Virus record (IMG/VR): IMGVR_UViG_3300037258_000356
Coordinates: 1 to 58,934 of that record
DNA: 58,934 bases
Origin: a virus
Taxonomy: Duplodnaviria > Caudoviricetes
Strand: one strand, 5' to 3'
Positions within the stretch are counted from its first letter, which is position 1; each line of letters begins with the position of its first letter. Shown here in pieces: positions 44,996 through 54,460 of this stretch. The position numbers and the translations under genes are program-made. Under the pieces are notes generated by a model, which was not told the origin of the DNA, did no database searches, and saw nothing but the letters and a program-made list of their open reading frames with translations.

Positions 44996-46638
44996 GCGGC
45001 TTGAAGCTGGTTGATGTAGTCGGCGATCGGCACGCCGGTCCACCCGGACGGCCGCAGCACCGTCAGCGATCGGCGGGCGCGGGTGATGGCCACGTAGAAG
45101 GTGCGGACGATGTGGTCGCGGGCGTCGCCTTCGGCGATCCAGCCGGCCATCCCGGATCCGGAGAGATCGGGCGCGACGATCACGTGGTCAACCTCGCCGC
45201 CTTTGACGCTGTGCGCTGTGCCGACGATCAGTCCGGGGGTGTCGCGGAGCGCTGTGCCGCCGTGCTTGCGGTACACGGCGAGCGGGAAGCGCTGCACGCT
45301 GGCTTGGCTGGCCCTGAGGTTGCGCTCCCACCAGTCGACGCTCAGCCTGATCGCGGGGTGATGCAGGCTGCGCGCGTCAAACAGGCGCATGAGATCCTCG
45401 AGCGGCACCTCCTGGTCGGCTTGGGTTTCGCCGAAGCGGTTGCGGTCGCACTGTGCGTCGATCTCGGTTTTCGCGCCGCGCGCGAACGCGTCCGAGGCCT
45501 TCAACGGCTCAGCCCATTTTTGGAGGTCGCGCCATGTCCACGCGCGGGCGTGCTCGCCCCACACGCGCTCGTCGGGCCGCAGGAACGCGAGCAGCCGGCC
45601 CGCGGCGCGCAGAGGATTCCACCCGCCTGCCTTGGCGCGGTAGGGGTTGTGGAACGGGCGGCCGTTAGCTTTGAGCTGGTTGACGAGCGGATTGAGCATG
45701 TACCCGCAGCTGGTGAGGACCATGACGGTGCCGCCGTCGCCGGCGAGCTCGTCGACGAGCTGCTCGAGATCGGTGACGTCGCGCAATGTCAGGTCAACGC
45801 CGACGGCTGAGCCTGGCTCCTCGGTGGGGTGGTAGTCGATGTCCGGTCGGTCGCGGAGCTGGCGGATCCATGACGCGGCGACGTCGTGCACGGCGGCGGG
45901 GACGCGGTACGACTGTGAGAGGACGCGCTCACCGGCGTGCTCGAGGTCCAGGAGCGCGCGCGGCGACGACCCGCGCCAGCTGTAGAGCGCCTGGTCGGTG
46001 TCGCCGCTGAACACCGTCGTCTCCGCGTGTCGGGCCCAGTGCGCGGTGAGCTTCAGTTCGAGCGCGGAGAGGTCCTGCGCTTCGTCGATGAGCAGCACCT
46101 CCGGCGCGTACGGGGCAGTGATCGTGCCTTCGGCGGCGCGTTCGATGAGGTCCGTGAAATCGAGGCGGTCGCCCTTCCACGCCTGCCATGCCTGAAAGTA
46201 GGCCTGCTGCTCCGGCGTCCACGCCTCAACCGGGGTGAGCCGGGCGCGATGGTTCATGACCTGCTGGTGAAGCCGGTCGCCGGGCTGGCCGTCGCTGCCG
46301 GCGTCGACGTCGACCGGGGTGTCCTCAAGCTGATCGGTCGCGCCGGAGACGGCGAGCTCGGGGTGCGCGCTGTTCCACTCGCGCAGGCCTTTCGCGGTTT
46401 CGACGAGCTCGGGCCGGTCGAGCGCCCTGTAACAGTGAGCGTGCAGCGTCCCCGTCTGGTCCTCCGCGAGGTCGACCCTGGATGCGATCTCGTGCGCGGC
46501 GGTCCTCGTGAGGGATGCGATCATCACGCCGTCGCGGCCGTGCCGTTCGACGGCGAGCTCGCACTGACGGGCCAGGTGCGTTGTTTTGCCGGTGCCTGGG
46601 GGGCCGTGGACGAGGTAGACCTTCGAGTCGGCGGTCAT
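44992..46638 (-). CDS. UvrD/Rep-like SF1 helicase
   Basis: GPPGTGKT, IDEAQD, GDTDQALY, SQSYR, TAHSVKGGE, YVAITRAR. Confidence 0.9.
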   Translation of the reverse strand: MTADSKVYLVHGPPGTGKTTHLARQCELAVERHGRDGVMIASLTRTAAHEIASRVDLAEDQTGTLHAHCYRALDRPELVETAKGLREWNSAHPELAVSGATDQLEDTPVDVDAGSDGQPGDRLHQQVMNHRARLTPVEAWTPEQQAYFQAWQAWKGDRLDFTDLIERAAEGTITAPYAPEVLLIDEAQDLSALELKLTAHWARHAETTVFSGDTDQALYSWRGSSPRALLDLEHAGERVLSQSYRVPAAVHDVAASWIRQLRDRPDIDYHPTEEPGSAVGVDLTLRDVTDLEQLVDELAGDGGTVMVLTSCGYMLNPLVNQLKANGRPFHNPYRAKAGGWNPLRAAGRLLAFLRPDERVWGEHARAWTWRDLQKWAEPLKASDAFARGAKTEIDAQCDRNRFGETQADQEVPLEDLMRLFDARSLHHPAIRLSVDWWERNLRASQASVQRFPLAVYRKHGGTALRDTPGLIVGTAHSVKGGEVDHVIVAPDLSGSGMAGWIAEGDARDHIVRTFYVAITRARRSLTVLRPSGWTGVPIADYINQLQAA

Positions 46639-46841
46639 GGCATCACGTCCTCTGGCTGTAGCGCGTGGCGGCGGGCGTGTTCGGCACGCGCGCAGGAGAG
46701 AACGAAGAGCACGGTGCCGTCGGTTGCGTCGCGGAGGGATTGGACGAAGTCGGTGCGCGCCGCCTGATACCCGAGCGCCTCGAGCAGCTCCGAAGACAAC
46801 TCCGGCTTCGCGTCGACGACGTCAGGCTCGAGGACCGTCAT
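46635..46841 (-). CDS. Hypothetical protein
   Basis: ATGA overlaps on both sides. Confidence 0.4.
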   Translation of the reverse strand: MTVLEPDVVDAKPELSSELLEALGYQAARTDFVQSLRDATDGTVLFVLSCARAEHARRHALQPEDVMP

Positions 46842-47908
46842 GCCGCTCGCCTCATCGCCGTTTCGGCGAGCGTCTGCTGACCGTGCGCGACACCAGCGGC
46901 CGTCAGGTCGCCGTATGCGGCGGTGTGGATCTCGTGGCCGCGACGTGCGCGGGCGATGGTGCGGCGCAGGTAGTCGGGACGTCCGGCTTTCGCGCCGTCC
47001 GGCTCGAAGCGGCGGCGGTGGTGGACGATGAGGTCGGCGAGGTCCTGGTCGGTCCAGCCGGCCTGAATGGCGATCGAGCAGAGCGCAAGGTCGTACTCGC
47101 TCAAAGACCACCCCGCGCCGCGACGGTGCTGCCATGCGGCTGCGAACTCGGGCAGGTTGTGAAGCGCGGCGGCGAGCTTGTCGTCGGGGATTTCCGCGCC
47201 CGCGCGCGCCGCGACCGTCACGGGCGCCGCGTCGGCGGGCTGCCATGCGCGTTGCGCCGCGGTCGGGCCGGCGGTTGCGGCCTTGTTGAGGAGTGCTGCT
47301 CGGTTGTGGCGCGGGCCGCACAGCACGCCGGTGACGGGTGCGGTGGCGTTGCCTTTGGCGTTGACGGTGCCAGGGAGACGCATCAGTCTCGCGAGGTCGT
47401 GCGCGTGGTCGACGCCGGCGCCGACCTTCGCGCCAGCGCGGCGGTGAAGCTCGAACCACTGCGCGGCGGCGCGCGCCGCCTGGTCCTGGTCGGTGAGTGT
47501 CGCGAACACCCATGGCTCGTCGAAGAGCCACCAGGCGTGCAGGCCGTAGCCGCTTCGAACAGTGATCGTCGGCTCGGCGACGGCGCGCGCGAGTTCTTCG
47601 GCGGCTTCTATGGTGGGGCAGGCGCCGGTTTTGCGGTCTGGTCCGCCGTTGACGTCGAGGTCGAGCCACAGTCCGGTGATCGCGCGACTGTCTGCCGCGG
47701 CCGGTCGGCCGGGGCCTTTGCGGTCGCGGCACAGCGCGACGCACGTGTAAACGTCGGGGCGGCCGGCGTACACCGTCGCGCCCGCCGGCGCGCGCAGCAG
47801 AAGTGCGCGCTTGGTGGCGAGCGTCCATGTTTGGATCCGCAACTCCGGGTGCGGGAGCCTGGCGCCCCAGAGCTGCTCGAGGAACGCCTGTGCTGTGAGG
47901 TCGGTCAC
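46838..47908 (-). CDS. AEP/RepB-type DNA primase
   Basis: LWLDLD, SGYGLHAWW, DLARLMRLPGTVN; helical C-terminus with SEYD. Confidence 0.85.
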   Translation of the reverse strand: MTDLTAQAFLEQLWGARLPHPELRIQTWTLATKRALLLRAPAGATVYAGRPDVYTCVALCRDRKGPGRPAAADSRAITGLWLDLDVNGGPDRKTGACPTIEAAEELARAVAEPTITVRSGYGLHAWWLFDEPWVFATLTDQDQAARAAAQWFELHRRAGAKVGAGVDHAHDLARLMRLPGTVNAKGNATAPVTGVLCGPRHNRAALLNKAATAGPTAAQRAWQPADAAPVTVAARAGAEIPDDKLAAALHNLPEFAAAWQHRRGAGWSLSEYDLALCSIAIQAGWTDQDLADLIVHHRRRFEPDGAKAGRPDYLRRTIARARRGHEIHTAAYGDLTAAGVAHGQQTLAETAMRRAA

Positions 47909-48853
47909 GGCTTGAGCCCGGGGTGCTTGGCGTGAAACGAGGCGCGCTCGGCGATCGCGGCGTTGAGGAGCCGCTGCCGTTTGCGGATATACGAGCCTCT
48001 GCCTGTTGCGGTGGCGCGGACGAGCTGCAGCTCGCGGTGCGCGACAAGCCAGTCCAGGTGCGCCCGGCGCTCAAGGACGCGGCGATGCTCGGCACGGCGG
48101 CGGTCGACCGCCTCGATCGCCGCACGCCGCTTAAAGGTCCTGGTGGCGAACCAGGTGTCAACCGCGAGCGCGATCCGTGGCGCGAAGACGCGTAGCCGCG
48201 CGGTCGCTGCCGCCTGCGGGAGGCATTTGCGGCACAGGCACGGGTAGGGCATCGCGATCGCCGCCATCAGTCCCGGACATCCCGCTGGGTGACGCCGTCC
48301 TGCTGGTCGCCGAGGTCCGCGGGGGCAGCCGGCGTGGCCTCGTTGCGGTGGCGGGCGAGGAACAGACCGACGAGCAGCCCGTCGAGGAACGCGCCGGCGG
48401 CAAGCTCCTCGACCGACGCGGCCTTCGACAGGTACGCGAGCTTCGCGGCGCGCTGGATCGGCACGACGGCCTCGGCGAGCTCGCCCTGGTCGACGTCGAA
48501 ACCGAGCAGGAACAACCGGACGATGTCCTCGCCATGGCCGCCGGCCGCGGCGTTGTCGTACACGGCGCGCTTGCGCGCCTCGACAGCGCCGCGGGCTTTG
48601 CGCACCCCGGTCACGACCAGCGGTCCCTCACCACGGTCTCGGTGGCTCTCGTCCGCGCCTTGAACGACCGTGCGGGCACGGCGACAAACGTGCCGGCGCG
48701 CTCGTCGATGTTGCGGTCCTCGGTGGCCTTGCGGATCGCCTGCTGGTCGTTCGCAGCTTCGAGCGTCGCGACCTCGAACCACACCTTCGCGCCCTCAGCG
48801 TCGGACACGCCGTGCGGCGGCTTGCGCTGCTCGAGAACGATGTAGTCACGCAT
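47905..48853 (-). other. Three small hypothetical genes (47905-48267, 48267-48614, 48611-48853)
   Basis: Chained start/stop overlaps. Confidence 0.5.
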
Positions 48854-49571
48854 CGGTGTCCTCCGTTCCGCTCGGCGTGGTGACCGGGGCGCGGTCGAGG
48901 ACCTCGCGGATCGACTCGGCGTACGCGCGCGCGCGGTCAGCCTCGTTCGGGTTCAGTCGCTCCGCGAGCCTGGGGACGGCGTACGCGTATTTGATGCCGT
49001 CGGCGTTGGTGTCGGTCGCGAGGGTGAGCCGGGTGACGACCTGGTTGAGTTGCAGCATCGAGTTCGTCAGGTTCAGCCGGTACTTGCGGGCTGAGGCGAG
49101 ACTCTTCGGCGGCAGCGTCAACACCAGCGGCAGCAGCGAGTCCTCGACGATGACGAACCACTGCTCCATCTGCTTGCACGCCTGGCCGCGGCCCGATTTG
49201 TCGGAGCCGAACTGGCTGAACGGGCACTCCTCGCACAGGCCGCCCGGGTCGCCGATGCCGATGCGGTTGTCGGGGCTCGAGCATTGCGGCGGCTGGGAGC
49301 CTTGGAAGTCGCCGGGCCAGTAGGAGCGGATCAGCTTGAAGTGGATGACGATCCCCTCGATGGTCTGCGCGGGCCGGTCGCCCTCGAGCGACGGGATCTC
49401 CCACGTTGTGCCGCCGCTGCCGGGGATCCGCACTCGCGGGAGGTCGAAGGGGGAGAGGGGCTGGCCGCCGAGGTTGGCGGCGATGATGTCGTGCACCTCA
49501 GCGGGGCTTCGACTCAGCGCGACGTACCCGTCATGCTCGGCGTGGCTGGGTTTCTGGAGGTCGGTACTCAC
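48846..49571 (-). CDS. ssDNA-binding/annealing-like phage protein
   Basis: RVRIPGSGG...PQCSSPD...CEECP..QFGS..GRGQACK...LPPKS. Confidence 0.65.
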   Translation of the reverse strand: MSTDLQKPSHAEHDGYVALSRSPAEVHDIIAANLGGQPLSPFDLPRVRIPGSGGTTWEIPSLEGDRPAQTIEGIVIHFKLIRSYWPGDFQGSQPPQCSSPDNRIGIGDPGGLCEECPFSQFGSDKSGRGQACKQMEQWFVIVEDSLLPLVLTLPPKSLASARKYRLNLTNSMLQLNQVVTRLTLATDTNADGIKYAYAVPRLAERLNPNEADRARAYAESIREVLDRAPVTTPSGTEDTDA

Positions 49572-49598
49572 TGTTTCCTTCCTGCTACGTGCGCGCGG

Positions 49599-50027
49599 TC
49601 AGCTGCGGACGCGTAGCTGATGGGTGTCTGAAAGCTCGATGAAGCCCTGAAGGTCCCCGGGCAGCAGATCCGTGAGGTCGGTGACGGGGTCGTGCTCGTC
49701 CGCGCGGCGTTTTGCCTGCTCGCTGAAGTAGCTGGACAGCGACTGGACGTTGAAGCCGAGCTCCGCGAACTCGGCGAGCTCGCCGCCGTGCTGCTGCAGC
49801 GCGCGCGCGGCGTCGGCTTTCGCGGTTGCCGGCCGGGCCCAGATGCGGCGGGTGATGTGGACGAGCTTGCCGCTGGCGGCGTGGCGTTTGCTGCTCACGC
49901 CCTCCTGTGCGAACTCGTCGAGCAGCTCGGTTTCGAGAATGTCGAGCTGCTCTTTGACGCCGCGGAGTTGCCGTTCGAGCGCGGCCTTCTGGTCGGCGAG
50001 GTCGACGAACTCGTCGAGGCGGCTCAT
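49599..50027 (-). CDS. Hypothetical coiled-coil replication-module protein
   Basis: Lies between the SNF2 helicase and the SSB-like gene. Confidence 0.55.
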   Translation of the reverse strand: MSRLDEFVDLADQKAALERQLRGVKEQLDILETELLDEFAQEGVSSKRHAASGKLVHITRRIWARPATAKADAARALQQHGGELAEFAELGFNVQSLSSYFSEQAKRRADEHDPVTDLTDLLPGDLQGFIELSDTHQLRVRS

Positions 50028-51652
50028 GAGCATCTCCCAGAGGTCTTTCGCAGGCCGTCTGTTTCGAAGGGGGTGACGGTCCCCGCACCGGGTTCTCCCC
50101 GGTCACCATGGGCGGCCTGCGAAAGCTGGGTGAGGACGGCGCCGATGACCTCCTGGCGGCGGCGGAGCGCCCCGTATATGGCGTGGTCGATCGTTCCGGC
50201 CGCCAGGAGGTGGGTGTAAACAACGCGGCGCTGCTGCCCGGGACGGTGCAGCCGCTTGCGCGACTGGAGGTAGTCACCGAGCGAGAAGTCCAACGAAAAG
50301 TAGATCGCGTGCCGCGCCCTGGTGAGGTCGACGCCGACGCCGCCGCTTTTCAACTGCGCACCAAGCACGTCGATGCCCGGGCTCATGGTGGCGTGGTCGG
50401 TCATGCCGTCACGCGCCCGACCGGACAGCTCGCCGTACCGGCGCCCCTGCGTCTCGCAGACCGCTTTGACCTGGTCGAGGTCGTGGTGAAAGCGGCAGAA
50501 GACGACGACCGGCTCATCGACCGGCAGGTCGTCGAGGACGTCGGCGAGCAACCTGGTTTTCTCGGGCGCGGGAAGGATCTGCCTGGTAGCGCCGGTGTCG
50601 GCGTCGACGGCGAACCCGTTCGCGGCCTGTGCGAGGCGAAGCACGTTGACCATGGCGTTCGCGGCGGTGACGACGCCGCCGTCGATGTCGGCGATCAGGT
50701 GCTTCTCGAGCTCGTAGTAGATCCGCTCCGTTGGTGCCTCGAGGTGAACGGTGCGGTGCTGATCGACAGGGTCCGCGAGTCCAAGCGTGCGGTCGAGCGC
50801 GGCCTGGTCGACCTGGAACATCAACAGGGCGATGCGCTGCGTGAGCTCGCCGAGCCGGTCGGCGCGGACGCCGTCGTAGATCGGCTGACCGGCCGGGCCG
50901 CGCAGGTAGATCGCTTCGCCCTGGTCGGTGACGCGCAGCACTTTGGGGGCGCCGTAGCGGGCACGGAACGCGGCGTGGCTGGTGCCTAACACCGAATCGT
51001 CGATCGCGCGGTATTGCGCGTAAATGTCCAACGGGCTGTGCGGCATCGGGGTGCCGGTGAGCGCGAGCGCGCGGCCGCCGTACATGCGGGTGCGGCGGCA
51101 GATGCGGTGCGCAAGCTTCGACTGTTTGCCGCCGGCGGCCTTGAGGCGGTGTGATTCGTCGAGGACGACGAGGTCCCACTCAATGTCGAGCAGGCAGTCG
51201 GCCATCGCTGTTTGTATCGACGCTTCGTAGTTGACGATCGCCGCGAACGGCCGGTCGCCGGCCATGGCAAGGCGCTGGCGCAGCGCGCCGGCTTTGCGCG
51301 CGGTCGTGGCATTGCGAAGCGGCCCGCGCTTACCGGCGACCTCTCCGGCCCATGTCACCCACGGTGTGGCGGCGTGCTCGGTGAGCTGTGTTGGCCAGAC
51401 GTCGACGACGCTGCGCGGACACAGGATCAGCGCCCGGCGCGCGTTGGCGCGTTGGGCGATCTCGATCGCGATCTTCGTTTTGCCGCCGCCCATGGGGACG
51501 GCGACCATGAACCCGCGGCGCTCGAGCGCGACCTGGACGGCTTCTTGCTGGTGCGGCCATAGCGGCGCGGGTGGCGTTGTGAGCACCCAGACGGGGGCGG
51601 CCGGGGCCTGCACAACCTCGGCGACCGGGGGAGAGAGAGCCGGGGTGCTCAC
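50024..51652 (-). CDS. SNF2-like SF2 helicase
   Basis: MGGGKT, LDESH, LTGTP, GGVGVDL, QSRKRLHRPGQ. Confidence 0.9.
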   Translation of the reverse strand: MSTPALSPPVAEVVQAPAAPVWVLTTPPAPLWPHQQEAVQVALERRGFMVAVPMGGGKTKIAIEIAQRANARRALILCPRSVVDVWPTQLTEHAATPWVTWAGEVAGKRGPLRNATTARKAGALRQRLAMAGDRPFAAIVNYEASIQTAMADCLLDIEWDLVVLDESHRLKAAGGKQSKLAHRICRRTRMYGGRALALTGTPMPHSPLDIYAQYRAIDDSVLGTSHAAFRARYGAPKVLRVTDQGEAIYLRGPAGQPIYDGVRADRLGELTQRIALLMFQVDQAALDRTLGLADPVDQHRTVHLEAPTERIYYELEKHLIADIDGGVVTAANAMVNVLRLAQAANGFAVDADTGATRQILPAPEKTRLLADVLDDLPVDEPVVVFCRFHHDLDQVKAVCETQGRRYGELSGRARDGMTDHATMSPGIDVLGAQLKSGGVGVDLTRARHAIYFSLDFSLGDYLQSRKRLHRPGQQRRVVYTHLLAAGTIDHAIYGALRRRQEVIGAVLTQLSQAAHGDRGEPGAGTVTPFETDGLRKTSGRCS

Positions 51653-52050
51653 AACGCCACCCGCAACCGCAGGCGCTGTTGAAGGTCATCGCGAACGCGC
51701 CAGCCAATGACGCTCACGACGTCGCCGCCGGGAAGCTCGTAGTCGCCGGCGAAGCGCTCGAGCACGTGCTCGCACGCCGCCGTGATCCGCACGACCACGC
51801 GGTCATTGGCCTGAAAGACGGCGTACGCGTTACCGGAGGTGGCGGGGCTGGTGACGATCGCGGTGGCGTCGAGGCCAAACGCTGTGAGCGTCGCGGCGAA
51901 CTCGTCGGTGCTCTGGCACCACACCCACAAAGAGGGGTCGACCATGCGGAGGCGGTCGGCGACATCGGCGTGCTCTGCGGCGAGAGCGGCGAGACGCAGT
52001 CCGCTCGAAGTTGCGAACACGTTGTCGATCGTGAGGTCGTCGCTTACCAC
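51649..52050 (-). CDS. Hypothetical protein
   Basis: 133 aa ORF coupled to its neighbours. Confidence 0.5.
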   Translation of the reverse strand: MVSDDLTIDNVFATSSGLRLAALAAEHADVADRLRMVDPSLWVWCQSTDEFAATLTAFGLDATAIVTSPATSGNAYAVFQANDRVVVRITAACEHVLERFAGDYELPGGDVVSVIGWRVRDDLQQRLRLRVAL

Positions 52051-52349
52051 CGGTAGGACTCCGGGTCAGCCCAGTCGAATGGCGGCCGGCGTTGCACGCC
52101 CTGGACCTCGGTGCGGGGGAAGAGGATCACCTGTGCGGCGCGCTCCTGGTGCTGTTCGCGCGTCATTCGCTGGTAGGCGTCTTGGTGGCCGCGGTAGCGG
52201 CGCACCTCTGACCGGAGGCCGGCCACGACGCCTACCGCGAGCGCGATAGCCCACAGCACCACGACGGGAACGACGCCGAAGATCACGAGGCCGATCAGCG
52301 CCTCGAGCGCGACGAGCACGCTGGCTGATGCCCGGGCGCGGGCGCTCAT
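52044..52349 (-). CDS. Small membrane protein
   Basis: MSARARAS start overlapping the cro stop; hydrophobic hairpin. Confidence 0.5.
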   Translation of the reverse strand: MSARARASASVLVALEALIGLVIFGVVPVVVLWAIALAVGVVAGLRSEVRRYRGHQDAYQRMTREQHQERAAQVILFPRTEVQGVQRRPPFDWADPESYRW

Positions 52350-52576
52350 GCGGCGACGGCCTCGGTCCAGCCCATGAGGTAGGCGACGTCGACTTCGAGG
52401 AGCTCGGCGAGCGCGAGCTTCTTCGCGTCCGGGATCTCGCCGGCGGTGCGCTCCCAGCGGTAGACAGTAGATTGGTCTACGAGGAGCGCAGCGGCGACCT
52501 GTGAGCGAAGAAGCCCGCGGGCGGTGCGGAGCTCTTCGATCCGGTTTGCCGGGGCGTTTGCATCTGGCACTTGCAC
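52346..52576 (-). CDS. Cro-like XRE HTH regulator
   Basis: NRIEELR...VAAALLVDQSTVYRWE...LAELLEVDVAYLMG. Confidence 0.85.
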   Translation of the reverse strand: MQVPDANAPANRIEELRTARGLLRSQVAAALLVDQSTVYRWERTAGEIPDAKKLALAELLEVDVAYLMGWTEAVAA

Positions 52577-52718
52577 GTCGCGCAAGGTAGCATCCGCATT
52601 GGACGGAATGCAAAGCGTGGCACGCATGACACCGGAAACTGCGGAAAGAACACATAACACGGTGCGCAGGAGCGTGGCGCAAGCGCGCCGTGGGAGCGCG
52701 TCCTACAGTGCGCGGCAG

Positions 52719-53096
52719 GTGGCTGACCGCGAGCCCGAGGACACCATGGTGTACTGGCTGGCGCTCGCTGCGAGCGAGCTACGTCGCGCCGCGGGGCGCA
52801 AGATGGTTCACGTCGCGGCGCAGGCGAGCGTCGACCAATCGACTATCTACCGCTTCGAGCAGGGCAGCAGTTACCCGCAAGACCCCGACATGATCATCGA
52901 GGCCTACGCGGGTGACTTGGACATCGACGCGCCTGCGATTTGGCGCTACGCAACCGACCTATGGCAGGAGCATCTCAGCGGTGCGCGGACAGCTGACGTG
53001 CTGGCAGAGCATGTAGCCGAGACACTCCAAGACCTTCGGCAAGCGCAGTCGCAGTTACAACGAGGCCGCGGCGCCCAGGGTCGTGGAGGTCGATGA
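52719..53096 (+). CDS. CI-like XRE HTH repressor (start uncertain)
   Basis: Divergent from cro; VAAQASVDQSTIYRFEQG. Confidence 0.7.
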   Translation: MADREPEDTMVYWLALAASELRRAAGRKMVHVAAQASVDQSTIYRFEQGSSYPQDPDMIIEAYAGDLDIDAPAIWRYATDLWQEHLSGARTADVLAEHVAETLQDLRQAQSQLQRGRGAQGRGGR

Positions 53097-53434
53097 GCGG
53101 CAATCGTTCCGTGATGAGATCGAGGACTTCCCCCAGCAGGTCGGCGCTCTTGTATCCGCTCGCGGCGGATCGTCCGCCTTCGTGTCCTCGAAGAATCGGC
53201 CGGTTCTTCATTTCCTTCCTCCATGCGCTGCCAGCCGCTTTCTCCCTCCGCCCCCTTGGAGACCCCGCTGACCGGCGGCCGGTCGGTAGCGAGGTTCGAG
53301 AAACTACGCCTCAGCCCGGATAGGAGGTAAACGCCACGAGCACCACCGAACCACTCGCACCTCGAGCAACCGCGGTCCAGTTCGACCGTGGTCTCGCGAT
53401 CACAGGCATCGGCATCTTCTGCGCCGCCATCGGC

Positions 53435-53869
53435 GTGATCGGCCCTTGGGCAACGGCTGAGCGGCTCATCAGCCTGTCCGGATTTCACACCGACGACGGC
53501 AAAGCGATCCTCGTCATCGCAGCGTTTGCGATAGTCCTCCTGCTCGCAGACCGTGCCGGGAATCTTTCGCGGAGTGTCGCGATCGTGCTGTTCTTGGTCA
53601 TCGGCGCGGCGGCTGCGAACGACGGCATCGAGATCGCGGCGGCAGCGCAGTTCTCGACTCTGGCGAGCTCGCAGATCGCTGTCGCCGACTGGGGAACGTA
53701 CGCGATCGTTCTCGGTGCCGCGCTCGCGATCGTCGGGCTTGCTGGCGGGTTCGACATGTTGGTGACGGCACCGCTGGCTGTGGCTGTCGTCGCGGTGACG
53801 GCGCTGGTGTTCTACTGGATCGAAGTGCCGCCGCAGTGGGCTGTCGGCGGCGGCACGATTCTGCACTGA
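53435..53869 (+). CDS. Multi-TM membrane protein (moron, possible superinfection exclusion)
   Basis: Four or more hydrophobic segments, co-oriented with the repressor; true start may lie upstream. Confidence 0.5.
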   Translation: MIGPWATAERLISLSGFHTDDGKAILVIAAFAIVLLLADRAGNLSRSVAIVLFLVIGAAAANDGIEIAAAAQFSTLASSQIAVADWGTYAIVLGAALAIVGLAGGFDMLVTAPLAVAVVAVTALVFYWIEVPPQWAVGGGTILH

Positions 53870-53882
53870 GCCCTTAACGACT

Positions 53883-53914
53883 GAGGGCCCCCGACCGGGT
53901 GGTCGAGGGCCCTT
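53883..53914. terminator. Hairpin between convergent genes
   Basis: AGGGCCC-C-CGACC-GGGT-GGTCG-A-GGGCCCT. Confidence 0.6.
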
Positions 53915-53945
53915 GCGCTCGGGAGAGGAGGGATCCGAGCTTGGT

Positions 53946-54368
53946 TCAGATCGCCGGCGGCGACGGCGCCTCCGGGGACGGCGCTGCCTCCGGCTCCGGG
54001 GTCGAGGACGCGGGTGCCGCGCTGGGGGGAACCGTCGGGCTACCTGGGGCGGGCGACGGCACGACGGGGTCGTTGCCGGGCTCCGGGTCGCTTGGCGAGC
54101 TTGGCTGCGCCGCGGCGGCAGGATCAGGAGCTGCTCCGGTGCCAGTCGTGCCGCCGTTGCTCGGAGCAGCGTAAGCCGGTCCGGACGGGTCGACGATGAA
54201 CGTGCCAGCCGGAACGTCGTTGCCGCCGGCGCCCGAGGTGGCCGGCGCAGCCGCAGCGGCAGCGTCGGTTGCGGCGCGGAGCTCGTCGATCTGCTCTTGG
54301 GTGACCGTTGCCCCTGGCTGCAGAGCGTTGACGGCCGTCTTCAACCGGTCGAGGTTCGATGAGTCCAT
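53946..54368 (-). CDS. Pro/Ala-rich protein, originally the gene downstream of the endolysin
   Basis: AAGGAG RBS just after the orphaned endolysin stop at 54397-54399. Confidence 0.6.
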   Translation of the reverse strand: MDSSNLDRLKTAVNALQPGATVTQEQIDELRAATDAAAAAAPATSGAGGNDVPAGTFIVDPSGPAYAAPSNGGTTGTGAAPDPAAAAQPSSPSDPEPGNDPVVPSPAPGSPTVPPSAAPASSTPEPEAAPSPEAPSPPAI

Positions 54369-54405
54369 GGGGTTGATCGGTCTCCTTGGTGGTGGTTCAG
54401 AGAGG

Positions 54406-54413
54406 GAAGTTGG
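54406..54413 (+). repeat. 8-bp target site duplication GAAGTTGG, copy 2
   Basis: Abuts the IS left IR; matches 95-102. Confidence 0.9.
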
Positions 54414-54425
54414 GGCGATTATCCC

Positions 54426-54454
54426 TTGACAGTAGGTAACAGTCGTGGGATACT
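54426..54454 (+). promoter_or_regulatory. Sigma70-type transposase promoter, probably leaderless
   Basis: TTGACA-17 nt-GATACT, 6 nt before the ATG; the -35 lies inside the IR. Confidence 0.7.
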
Positions 54455-54460
54455 TCCCTC

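Larger units (their letters stand above)
95..54413 (-). mobile_element. Temperate contractile-tailed phage genome, opened at the IS insertion site
   Basis: Terminase, portal, capsid, sheath, baseplate, lysis, integrase and repressor genes in canonical phage order; the two ends rejoin seamlessly at the duplication. Confidence 0.92.
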
